Assembly: GCA_965227775.1 (NCBI GenBank)
Contig: OZ245777.1
Coordinates: 3,008,001 to 3,072,000 of the forward strand
Direction: 5' to 3'
DNA from: Phycisphaerales bacterium
Lineage (GTDB): Bacteria > Planctomycetota > Phycisphaerae > Phycisphaerales > UBA1924
Length of the DNA stretch: 64,000 bases
Positions within the stretch are counted from its first letter, which is position 1. Every line of letters starts with the position of its first letter. Shown one piece after another: positions 1 to 8,884 of the stretch. Position numbers and translations under genes: made by a program. The notes under the pieces are model-generated. The model searched no databases, was not told the DNA's origin, and saw only the letters and a list, made by a program, of their open reading frames with translations.

Positions 1-757
1 GCGCGTACGCCGCCCCCCCGACCACGCTCGGCCCACCGAAGAACCCCTCCTCCAGGGGCTCGTCGATGGTCCACAGCGGATCAAGGTCGAGGTCGAATGC
101 GCGCATCACGCCGTCGATGTCGCCCACCAGTACGCGTCCGTCGGCCACCGCGGGCGTCGCGCCCGAGGTCGGGCCGAACGCAACATCGCCGAGCACGTCG
201 CCGCTCGCGGCATCGATCGACACCACGCGTCCACCACCCGAGGGCGCGTAGGTCGTGACGATGACGCGGGCCGGGTCGCCCACGATCGTTGGCGAGGCGT
301 TGACCACACGGATGCCGAGGTCGACGCTCCACAGCTCCGAACCATCGGCCAAGTCGAGCCCCACCACGCCGAAGCCCGAGGCGACGGCGACCATACCCGC
401 ATCGATCGTGCCTTGGACGGCGGGAGAGGCCCACGACAGGAACTCCGGGGCGGCAATCTGCGTGCTCCAGAGCTCGCGACCATCATCGGCGTCGAGCGCG
501 AACGCGAAGGCCGCCGAGCCGATCCATCCAAGTACGACGACGACGCCATCGCTCGAGACCACCGGCCCGGACTGGCCAACGGACTCGAAGGCGCCATCGG
601 CATCAAACGTCCAGGCCGCTTCCCCCAGGTCCGGCAATGCCAACACGGTCGCCACGGCGTTGCGCTCGGGTGTGGCCGCGTAGTGCGTCCACTCCTGCGC
701 GAACGCTGGCGATGCCACCAGGGCGATGAGCAACCGCGTGATGGTCACCCGTCGCAA
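1..757 (-). CDS. Secreted PQQ-like/BamB-type beta-propeller protein (partial, runs off left edge; not in ORF track)
   Basis: Manual translation from TTG757/GTG748: MRRVTITRLLIALVASPAFAQEWTHYAATPERNA...FALDADDGRELWST...GLDLADGSELWSV...ATPAVADGRVLVGD. Signal peptide plus repeated ALDxxxGxxLW blades; abuts the stop of the upstream gene. Confidence 0.75.
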   Translation of the reverse strand, partial: MRRVTITRLLIALVASPAFAQEWTHYAATPERNAVATVLALPDLGEAAWTFDADGAFESVGQSGPVVSSDGVVVVLGWIGSAAFAFALDADDGRELWSTQIAAPEFLSWASPAVQGTIDAGMVAVASGFGVVGLDLADGSELWSVDLGIRVVNASPTIVGDPARVIVTTYAPSGGGRVVSIDAASGDVLGDVAFGPTSGATPAVADGRVLVGDIDGVMRAFDLDLDPLWTIDEPLEEGFFGGPSVVGGAAYA

Positions 758-1648
758 CTAGCACCCCCCGAAGAACGCGTTGGTGAAGCACAAAAAGTCG
801 AAGATATCCAGTCGGCCGTTCTCGTCGCAATCGGCCCGGCCATCGCCCGTGGAAAACAGGTTCTGGAACTCGAGGAAGTCGAAAACCTCGAGCGCGCCGT
901 TGCCGTCGACGTCGGCGGTGCACGTCGCACGCACGACCGAGACGCCGTCGATGTCGGGCGATTCACCGTCGCCGGCGGTGATCCGCACGAAGTTGACCTC
1001 GAACAGGCCAACAGTGCCGATGTCGATGCCAATACCGCCGCCCGAGCCGTCGTAGGCGTCGACGAGTTGATCCCAGTCGAGGCCATCGGGATCGATGGTT
1101 GGATCAACGGGCAAGCGGAAGTCGCTTGAGACGTCGCCTGGAACGTCGGTGAATGGGGTCGGCAGGTCAAGGTAACCGAGCGTGGGGAAGTCGCTTTCGG
1201 CGGGCATCGTGACGGCGAAGAACTCGACGCCGTCTTCTGAGACCCCGATCGAGCCACCGTCGAAGAACGTACCGCCGACGACGCCGGCCGGGAAGGCCGC
1301 GTCGATGTAGCCGCCGTTGTGGAAAATGATGAGGTCGACACCGAAGGGATTGGTCGCCGCGTCGATCGCGGGCGTGCCCAGACGCAGGGTGAGGCTGCCG
1401 CCAGCACCGATCGTCACGACTTCGCTCGAAAGAAAGGCGGGGTTGAAGGGCGTGACGGCGCCGGGGAACGAGCCGACGCCCGTGAATCGCGCGGGCTCCC
1501 CGAGCGCGCTCATTGGGTCGTCAAAGCCCATGGGCACGTCGGCACCCGGAGAGTACTCGATGACCTCCGCGGCGAACGGGTCGAGAAGGCCCTGGGCGCT
1601 CGCGGCGGTCGCGAAGAGCAGCGATACAGAGAGAGCAGCCGTGCGCAT
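758..1648 (-). CDS. Secreted protein with BtuH-like putative cobalamin-binding domain and C-terminal GC-type dockerin-like domain
   Basis: AAGGAG RBS before ATG1648; signal peptide MRTAALSVSLLFATAASAQ; EYSPG...VVTIGAGGSLTL...GVDLIIFHN motifs; ends CTADVDGNG..FDFLEFQNLF..ADCDENG..FDFLCFTNAFFGGC; directly downstream of a cobalamin riboswitch. Confidence 0.7.
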   Translation of the reverse strand: MRTAALSVSLLFATAASAQGLLDPFAAEVIEYSPGADVPMGFDDPMSALGEPARFTGVGSFPGAVTPFNPAFLSSEVVTIGAGGSLTLRLGTPAIDAATNPFGVDLIIFHNGGYIDAAFPAGVVGGTFFDGGSIGVSEDGVEFFAVTMPAESDFPTLGYLDLPTPFTDVPGDVSSDFRLPVDPTIDPDGLDWDQLVDAYDGSGGGIGIDIGTVGLFEVNFVRITAGDGESPDIDGVSVVRATCTADVDGNGALEVFDFLEFQNLFSTGDGRADCDENGRLDIFDFLCFTNAFFGGC

Positions 1649-1846
1649 CGCGCACTCCTTCCGTGCCGGCTGCTTGCCGGCGTGCGTCCCGAGTCGCGCG
1701 GGACGGCCCCGGACCTGTGCGCACGCCAACGACGCTCGCGGGTCCATGAGTCGCGTCTCGCAGGGGTTCAATGGCACGGATGCGCGCACGCCCGGGGCAC
1801 ACGGGCTCGCACCGCGCCACCCCATACGCGAGGGCGACAACGCAGG

Positions 1847-2060
1847 CTCGTGGCAGGTCTTCCGGCTCCGGGCCCGATCCTCGGCTGCCTTCCCGCGAAG
1901 GAGGTCAAACTCCCCGCAGTGGCATGCTCCCCAGGCGTTTCAGCCAAGGGGCCGAGGTCGGAAGCTGCCCGTTACGGCGGCGCGTCCGCGGTGGCTTTTC
2001 ACCACGCTTCCCTCTTCGCTCCCAGGTGACCAATACAGGCCGTCCCGGGAGAACCATGAG
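1847..2060 (-). promoter_or_regulatory. Cobalamin (B12) riboswitch
   Basis: Minus strand reads AGGGAAGCGTGGTGAAAAGCCACCGCGGACGCGCCGCCGTAAC...GCCACTG...CGGGAAGGC...GAGCCGGAAGACCTGCC, matching the conserved core and B12 box of cobalamin riboswitches. Confidence 0.92.
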
Positions 2061-2108
2061 CAAATCGAGATTACCCCGGCGTCGGACGGCGGTCAAGCGG
2101 CGGGCGGC

Positions 2109-3497
2109 TTACAGCCCCTTCCACCCCGCTCGCTGCACCTCACCCCGGCCCGGTGTCTCAACGCCGAGCGAGCGGAGTTGCCGCAAGAGGCGGTCGCTCA
2201 TGTCTGCGTTGACCACGAGCACGCCATCCTCGTACTGGCGGTCGCGCACGGTGGTCTGCGTCTCGATGAGGTTGATGGCTTTGGGGTTGCTCAGCGGCAC
2301 GCGGAGCGTGACGTCCCCCACGTCGCCCTCTGCGAGCCGCCGGATGCGACGAGCGAGCTTGGCCTGGCCTGGCCGCTCCTGGTCATCAACGGCAGGCAGC
2401 GAGCACAACGCAATCGCCTCCGGCAGGCGCTGCTGCCACACGAGCAGCTCGCGGTTGTCGCGCAGGCGGTCGATCTTGTTCAGCACAATCACACGTGTGG
2501 GCGGAGACCAGTGGCCGTCTTCTTCGGCCTTTGCGGTCTCTGCGTCGAGGTCGTCGAGCGTCTTCATGACGGTCTGGTATTGCAGCTCGCACGCGGGATC
2601 AGACACGTCCAGCACGACGAGGAGCACATCCGCGTGCGTTGCTTCCTCCAGCGTTGCGCGGAACGAGGCGATCAGCCGGTGCGGAAGGTCGCGCACGAAC
2701 CCGACGGTGTCGCTGAGCATGACCTCGAGCCCATTGCCAAGGTCCCACGCCCGCGTGCGGGTCATCAGCGTGGCGAACACGCGATCGTCGGCATAGGCGC
2801 CACCCTCGGTCAACGTATTGAACAAGGTGCTCTTTCCGGCATTCGTGTAGCCAACGAGCCCGACCGTGTACCGCTCGGCGTTGCGCTGCCGCACGGCTCG
2901 TTGCTTGCGGCCCTGCACACGCTCCAGCTCGCGCTCAAGTTCGAGACGGCGTCGTTGTACCAACCGCCGGTCGATCTCGAGCTGCTGCTCGCCCGGCCCG
3001 CGCGTGCCCACGCCGCCGATGCCCCCGCTGCCGACGATGCGCTCGAGGTGGTCCCACATCGCACGGAGCCTGGGGTAGGTGTACTCGAGCTGGGCCAGCT
3101 CAACCTGCAGCTTGGCCTCGTAGCTCGTCGCGCGGCTGGCGAAGATGTCCAGGATCAGTTCCGAGCGATCGAGCACTTTGCGCTCGGTCGTCCGCTCGAT
3201 AGCCGAGATCTGCGCGGGGCTGAGATCGTGATCGAAGATGATGGTCGTCGCGCCCAGCGCCTCGCACAGGCCCTTGAGCTCATCGACCTTTCCCTTGCCC
3301 AAATACGTGCCCGACTGCGGCCGCTGCATCCGCTGCTCGAGCTCGCCCACAACAACCGCGCCGGCCTGCTCGGCGAGGGCGCGAAGCTCGCCGAAAGGGT
3401 CAGCCGGGTCATACGTGGAGTCGGGCAGCCGCGCGGCGGCCAGCACCGCCCGCTCGGCACGGACTTCGATCGAGGTTCGTTCTTTGCTTGGAGGCAT
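2109..3497 (-). CDS. hflX: GTPase HflX
   Basis: GTRGPGEQQLEIDRR, GYTNAGKSTLFN, FATL, DTVGF, NKID motifs; start taken at MPPSKERT. Confidence 0.95.
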   Translation of the reverse strand: MPPSKERTSIEVRAERAVLAAARLPDSTYDPADPFGELRALAEQAGAVVVGELEQRMQRPQSGTYLGKGKVDELKGLCEALGATTIIFDHDLSPAQISAIERTTERKVLDRSELILDIFASRATSYEAKLQVELAQLEYTYPRLRAMWDHLERIVGSGGIGGVGTRGPGEQQLEIDRRLVQRRRLELERELERVQGRKQRAVRQRNAERYTVGLVGYTNAGKSTLFNTLTEGGAYADDRVFATLMTRTRAWDLGNGLEVMLSDTVGFVRDLPHRLIASFRATLEEATHADVLLVVLDVSDPACELQYQTVMKTLDDLDAETAKAEEDGHWSPPTRVIVLNKIDRLRDNRELLVWQQRLPEAIALCSLPAVDDQERPGQAKLARRIRRLAEGDVGDVTLRVPLSNPKAINLIETQTTVRDRQYEDGVLVVNADMSDRLLRQLRSLGVETPGRGEVQRAGWKGL

Positions 3498-3616
3498 GCG
3501 GACTCGTTGATTCGGGGCTAGGGCAACCCGACGGTCCTTGGTAGAACACGGCCGACGGGCGTATCGTGGTTCTGTATGAATAGTACGAGGAAGAGCAGCA
3601 CGATAGGAGCCCAACC

Positions 3617-5173
3617 ATGGCGATAGTCGCCAAGGAGAAGCCCAAGGGCCCCGGTGCCGGTGGACCATTCTGGGGTCCAGGCCGCTTCCTACTGGTCATC
3701 GCGCTGCTCGTAACGGTGTCAGCCTCGCTCCTCGTGCTGCGCGAGAGGCTACTGGGCCTAGGCCGCTTCGCCCAAGCGGCCGCGGTCCTCAAGATCATCG
3801 AGGACAACTACGTCCAGGAGACCGATCCCGACGAGCTGAGCCGTGCGGCCATCTCGGGCATGCTGGGCAATCTCGGCGACCCCAACAGCATTTACGTCCC
3901 CCCCGCGGTGGCCGAGCAATTCAACCGCATGGTGATGGGCGCCGATTTCGTGGGCATCGGCGTGCAGGTGCAGCGGCGCGATGGCTTCGTGACAGTGACA
4001 ACTCCCATGGCCGGCACGCCCGCGGCCCGAGCCGGGGTCTTGCCAGGCGACCGCATCGTCGCGGTAGACGGCGTCGATACGCGGGAGCTCGACACCGAGG
4101 AGGTCACAACGCTCATCGCCGGACCGCGCGGCGAAGCGGTCACGCTCACGGTGCTCCGCGGTGAAGACGCCGACGGCGACGAGATCGATCTTGAGATCGT
4201 GCGCGGCGACATCCGAGCCGAGTCGGTCAAGGGCCTGCGACGGCTCGACACCGAGGGCGCGTGGTACCACGCGCTCGACTACGAGCGCGGCATCGGATAT
4301 GTGCGCATCACGCAGTTTGTGGGCGGCACGGGCGAGGCAACATACCGAGCCATCGAGCGTGCTCGCTCGCAGATGGCCGCCCAGGGCGCTGAACTAAACG
4401 CGTTGATCTTGGACCTGCGATCCAACCCGGGCGGCGTGATCGGCGAATCGGTGGGCGTGGCCGACCTGTTCATTCCTGGCGGTCCGGTCGTTCGTACGCA
4501 GGACCGCCAGGGCAACTCGACCACACTGAACGCGGCACCCGGCGTGGCGTTTGAGGGACCAGTTGTCGTGATGATCGATGGCATCAGCGCCTCAGGATCC
4601 GAGATCGTCGCGGGTGCAATGGCCGAGCGTTTGGAAGACGCCAGGGTGCTCGGCACGCGGACGTTTGGCAAGGCAAGCGTGCAGACGGTGTACGGCCTGC
4701 CCGACGGTGGCACGCTTAAGCTCACCGAGGCGCACTATCTCCTACCCAGCGGCCGCAACCTGCAGCGCGTCGCGGGCTCTGCCGAGTGGGGCGTCGACCC
4801 AAGCGAGGGCATGCACGTGCCGCTCGAGGCGAGCGACGAAGCTCGGCTTGCAGGGCTGCTCGAGCGACTGGACGCCGTCGGCGGTGAGGATGGCAACGGC
4901 GGTATCGCCGAGAGCACGTGGGAGTCCGCCGAAGACCTGCTCGGGGCCATCGACGACCCACAACTCTCCGCCGCGCACGAGGCGCTTGCCGGCCGGCTGA
5001 CTTCTGGCGCGTGGCCGCGCGTGGGCGGTGACCCGATCACGGGTGAGCGAGCGCTGCGCCTTGAGCAACTCGAGCGAACACTCGGCCGAATGACGACCGA
5101 GCGCGAGCGGATGCTCGAGGAAATCGAGCGGCTGCGACGCGAGACCGACGACGACGAGTTGAGCGAACGATGA
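3617..5173 (+). CDS. S41A C-terminal processing peptidase (CtpA/Prc-like) with PDZ domain
   Basis: N-terminal TM; FVGIGV/TPAARAGVLPGDRI PDZ; LDLRSNPGG, SASGSEIVAG, TFGKASVQ (Ser/Lys dyad). Confidence 0.9.
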   Translation: MAIVAKEKPKGPGAGGPFWGPGRFLLVIALLVTVSASLLVLRERLLGLGRFAQAAAVLKIIEDNYVQETDPDELSRAAISGMLGNLGDPNSIYVPPAVAEQFNRMVMGADFVGIGVQVQRRDGFVTVTTPMAGTPAARAGVLPGDRIVAVDGVDTRELDTEEVTTLIAGPRGEAVTLTVLRGEDADGDEIDLEIVRGDIRAESVKGLRRLDTEGAWYHALDYERGIGYVRITQFVGGTGEATYRAIERARSQMAAQGAELNALILDLRSNPGGVIGESVGVADLFIPGGPVVRTQDRQGNSTTLNAAPGVAFEGPVVVMIDGISASGSEIVAGAMAERLEDARVLGTRTFGKASVQTVYGLPDGGTLKLTEAHYLLPSGRNLQRVAGSAEWGVDPSEGMHVPLEASDEARLAGLLERLDAVGGEDGNGGIAESTWESAEDLLGAIDDPQLSAAHEALAGRLTSGAWPRVGGDPITGERALRLEQLERTLGRMTTERERMLEEIERLRRETDDDELSER

Positions 5174-5203
5174 CGGCTGCTTGCTCATGAATTGCGATCC
5201 GCC

Positions 5204-6280
5204 ATGCTGACGCTGGGATTCGAGACTTCCTGTGACGAAACGGCGTGCGCTATCGTCCGCGACGGCCGGCATGTCATCAGCAACGCCATCGCCACGCAGA
5301 CCGAGCTTCATGCTGGCTACGGCGGGGTTGTGCCCGAGATCGCCGGCAGAGCGCACGTCGAGCGGCTGATCCCGGTGCTACGGCGGGCTGTGAAAGACGC
5401 GGATGTGTCGGTCAAGGACGTCGACGCGGTCGCGGTCGGACACCGGCCGGGACTCATCGGGAGCCTGCTTGTGGGCGTGAGTGCGGCGAAGGCGGCGTCG
5501 CTCGCTCTCGGCGTGCCGCTGGTTGGCGTCGACCACGTGCAGGCCCACCTTGTCGCCGGCACGCTCGATACCGACGACCAGACGCCCATGCCCGCGCTCG
5601 GCCTCGTGGTCAGCGGCGGCCACACGGCAACCTACTACGTACCCCAACTGACCCGAGCCGAGCGCCTTGGCTCGACGCGCGACGATGCGGTGGGCGAGGC
5701 GTACGACAAGGCGGCGACGATCCTGGGACTCGAATACCCCGGAGGGCCGCGGCTCGACGCGCTCGCCCAGGACCCCGCCGCCGATCCCTACGCAGTCGAG
5801 TTTCCCGTCAGCCGACTCGAAGAGGGTTCGCTGGACTTCTCGTTTAGCGGTCTGAAGACCGCCGTGCTCTACGCGGTCAGGGGCGTGCCGGTACGCAAGG
5901 GGGCGCCGGGCCCGCCGCCCCCACCGCCGCTGACCGAGGACCGCGTGCGCGATCTGGCCGCGTGCTTCCAACGGGCGGCGTGCCACGCCGTGATGCTCAA
6001 GGTCGGCCGCGCGCTCGACGCGCTCGCAGACAGCGGCATCGAGTGCCGGTCGATCCTGGCCGGTGGCGGCGTCACCGCGAACAGCCGCCTCAGAAAGGAA
6101 CTCACATCGCTCGCCACCGAGCGCGGCCTCGTGCTCCGCTTGCCCAAGATGGCGTACTGCCTGGACAACGCCGCGATGATCGCCGCGCTCGGCGGGCTGC
6201 GACTCATGGCCGGTCAGCACGACGAACTGACGCTTCGCGCCCACCCCTCCAGCGATATCCCGGCGTTCACGGCCCTATGA
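5204..6280 (+). CDS. tsaD: tRNA N6-adenosine threonylcarbamoyltransferase TsaD
   Basis: LGFETSCDET, GGVVPEIA, HVQAH, VSGGHT, DDAVGEAYDK, FSFSGLKT, GGVTAN, DNAAMIA. Confidence 0.96.
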   Translation: MLTLGFETSCDETACAIVRDGRHVISNAIATQTELHAGYGGVVPEIAGRAHVERLIPVLRRAVKDADVSVKDVDAVAVGHRPGLIGSLLVGVSAAKAASLALGVPLVGVDHVQAHLVAGTLDTDDQTPMPALGLVVSGGHTATYYVPQLTRAERLGSTRDDAVGEAYDKAATILGLEYPGGPRLDALAQDPAADPYAVEFPVSRLEEGSLDFSFSGLKTAVLYAVRGVPVRKGAPGPPPPPPLTEDRVRDLAACFQRAACHAVMLKVGRALDALADSGIECRSILAGGGVTANSRLRKELTSLATERGLVLRLPKMAYCLDNAAMIAALGGLRLMAGQHDELTLRAHPSSDIPAFTAL

Positions 6281-6840
6281 GCGGCGACCCGCGAGACGCC
6301 GACTACTTCGCAGCACCCGAGCGGGTCGAGCGCGACCCGCACCCGGCGTCGCTACCCGACGAAGACATCCTCGCCGACTGCACGCTCGAGCGCGGTCGCA
6401 TCGGCGGACCGGGCGGCCAGCACCGCAACAAGGTCGAGACGGCCATCACCCTCACCCACAAGCCAACTGGTCAGAGCGCCCAGGCCGGCGAACGCCGCAG
6501 CCCCAAGGACAACGAACGCATGGCGCTGCGGCGATTGCGCCTGGCGATCGCCACGCATGTTCGTTTGCCCGTGCCCGTCGGCGAGATCCGAAGCGACATG
6601 TGGCTGCAGCGCACCAAGGGCGGCAAGATCGCCATCAACCCCAGCCACCGCGACTTCCCGACGATGCTTGCCGAAGCGATGGACGTCGTCTGGGCCGCGC
6701 GCATGGACATCCGCAAGGCGGCGGCGCGCCTGGGCGTGAGCCGCACGCAGCTCGTGCGCATGATCGCCAAGCACCCCGCGGCGCTAGCCGAGATGAACGC
6801 CGCGCGGGTCGCGCGCAAGCTGCGGCCGCTGCATCCGTAG
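6277..6840 (+). CDS. GGQ-motif release-factor-like (peptidyl-tRNA hydrolase domain) protein with C-terminal HTH-like segment
   Basis: ATGA overlap with tsaD; GGPGGQHRNKVETAITLTHKPTG and ERRS..N..AL..L motifs; later AAARLGVSRTQLVRMI. Confidence 0.8.
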   Translation: MSGDPRDADYFAAPERVERDPHPASLPDEDILADCTLERGRIGGPGGQHRNKVETAITLTHKPTGQSAQAGERRSPKDNERMALRRLRLAIATHVRLPVPVGEIRSDMWLQRTKGGKIAINPSHRDFPTMLAEAMDVVWAARMDIRKAAARLGVSRTQLVRMIAKHPAALAEMNAARVARKLRPLHP

Positions 6841-6961
6841 GTCTTAAGCATTCGATCAAGCTGAGGTGACTCGGAACGTCGGTGGTCGGGCAACTCTTGA
6901 TGGCCCTTGCCAGGAGTAGTCCACAGTTCAGAAGCAGCGCCCCCCAATCGAGCGCGTCAGC

Positions 6962-8884
6962 TTATGGGTCGCCGGGCGGCGTCGGATTCTGTGTGTCGGC
7001 TCGCCATTCGGCTTCGGCGTTCTTGAGCAGAGTGAGTATGCGACGCGCTTTGGGACGATCGCGCAGGTCCTCCTCGCCTTTGAGGTGTTGACGCGCCGTT
7101 CGTCCGTGTGGCCGGGCGGTTGGGTTGGCGCCGGCCTCGAGCAGAGTCTCGACGACTTCGTCTTGGAGATTGAGCGCCGCCACAACTAGCGCACGATTGC
7201 CCTCACGATCCGTCGCATCGAGATCAACCCCCAGCTCGGCCAGCCGCCGCACCATCGGCGCGCGGCCCTCGACTACTGGCGACATCAGCGCATCAGCCGG
7301 CAGCCAGCGTAAGGTGCGGGCCAGCACCGGGTCACGCTCGATGAACAGGTCGAGCGCCGGCACGTTGCCCCACAGGACCGCCGTCTCGACCGCGCTGGAC
7401 ACGGCCATGGGCGCACGGTCGAAGCCCAGATCGAGCAAGCGCCGCAGCGGCTCCACGTCGGGCGTGCCGTGTCCCGGCCAGCCCCACACATCGGCGAAAA
7501 CGGCGGCTGGGAGAAAGCCGGCCGACGCGGTCTCCTCGGGGTCGATTCCCCCGGCAATGAGTCGTTCGAACCACGCAAGATCACGATTCTCGAGCGCCCT
7601 GGTCGCGGCGCGGTTCAGGTCCTCCTCGCTCCAATCGAAGCGTTCGAGCGCACGCGTGCGGACTGTGTCGCCGCTGTAGGGAAGCAGGTCGAGCAGCAGG
7701 CCCGGGGGCGGACCGGGCGGCAGCGCCTCGACGACGGCGAGGATGATCTCGTCATCACCGCCCCAGAACGCGGCCTGCAGAGCGTTGTATTCGCGGCGCG
7801 GCTCGTTTGACGCAGCGCCCGCATCGAGCAAGGCGTGGACCGACTGCGTGTGCCCACCTTCTATGGCCCACATCAACGGTGCCGGTCGATAATCTGCGCG
7901 TCGCTGGAAGTTCATCTTTGGTGACGGCGCATCAACGGCCGCGCCCGCCGCCAGCAGCCGCTCGAGCGTGCGCACATCCCCTACCGCCGCCGCGTGGTGC
8001 AGGGGCGGCAGGCGGTCGATGGCCAACCACCGGTGCGTGAGCAGCGTGGAAGCAGCCCCGTTGGTCGCGACCAGCAACAGGAGCGACGCGACGATGACTG
8101 CCGGCGGCCAGAGTGCCGCAACGAGCGGCACACGCGCCCCCGCAGCATGACCACACTCGGGGCACGGCGAGTCGCTTGGAAGGCCATCGCGCGAGTGTCC
8201 GCAGCAGACGCATCGGCCACGCGAGCACCGGTGGATTCGCCGCAGTGCCGCTGGCACGGCTAGCGGCAGCAGCAAGAGCGACCACGCGGACGCGTACGCC
8301 AGCGTGTTGACCACCAAGCCGAAAGGCAGCGGTGAATAAGGCACGATCGCGCAGCCCTGCAGCACCGGCCACCGCTCGACCGAAGGCCGATGTTCTCGCT
8401 CAATGTGCTCGTGCGGAAGCGGCCAATCCACGGCGATTGCTGGAATGCCGCTCTCGACGTAGCGACCGGGCAAGACGTTGATCGCGCGGCCCAATACACG
8501 CTTCGCCCGCACGCACCGCATCGGCCACCCGGCGCTCACCTCCCACGCCATGTCCCGCGTGCGCTCGCGAGCCGGCGCGAACGGGCCTGGCTGGTCGGGC
8601 AGCCCGTGCCCCACGCTCCACGCCGGTAACGCCACTTTGGTCTCCAGATCTGGCGGCTCGTCCCACAAATCCAGGGGCTTGAACGTCCGCCACGTCAGCG
8701 TCCGATCGCGCCCCGACTCGACCAGCCACCCGCGCATCTCGGTCCGCGTGCCCGTGGGCGTGCCGGTCAGGAAAGTGTCGGGCCACGCCGAGCGATCGAC
8801 GAGCGCGCCGGCCCAGGCGACCAAGACACTGGTGCATAGGCCCAGGACGAGCAGCAGGAACAGCATGGCGACGAGCCGCCTCAT
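6962..8884 (-). CDS. Membrane protein with GWPMRC domain, CxxC..CPEC zinc ribbon and C-terminal ankyrin repeats (paralog 1)
   Basis: Three hydrophobic segments; RGRCVCCGHSRDGL..CPECG; PPLHHAAAVG, APLMWAIEGGH, DREGNRALVVAA ankyrin repeats. Confidence 0.8.
   Translation of the reverse strand: MRRLVAMLFLLLVLGLCTSVLVAWAGALVDRSAWPDTFLTGTPTGTRTEMRGWLVESGRDRTLTWRTFKPLDLWDEPPDLETKVALPAWSVGHGLPDQPGPFAPARERTRDMAWEVSAGWPMRCVRAKRVLGRAINVLPGRYVESGIPAIAVDWPLPHEHIEREHRPSVERWPVLQGCAIVPYSPLPFGLVVNTLAYASAWSLLLLPLAVPAALRRIHRCSRGRCVCCGHSRDGLPSDSPCPECGHAAGARVPLVAALWPPAVIVASLLLLVATNGAASTLLTHRWLAIDRLPPLHHAAAVGDVRTLERLLAAGAAVDAPSPKMNFQRRADYRPAPLMWAIEGGHTQSVHALLDAGAASNEPRREYNALQAAFWGGDDEIILAVVEALPPGPPPGLLLDLLPYSGDTVRTRALERFDWSEEDLNRAATRALENRDLAWFERLIAGGIDPEETASAGFLPAAVFADVWGWPGHGTPDVEPLRRLLDLGFDRAPMAVSSAVETAVLWGNVPALDLFIERDPVLARTLRWLPADALMSPVVEGRAPMVRRLAELGVDLDATDREGNRALVVAALNLQDEVVETLLEAGANPTARPHGRTARQHLKGEEDLRDRPKARRILTLLKNAEAEWRADTQNPTPPGDP

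Noticed and set aside
1317..3521. 734-aa plus-strand ORF
   Set aside because: Antisense shadow over hflX, the riboswitch and the dockerin gene; no motifs; expected in high-GC DNA.
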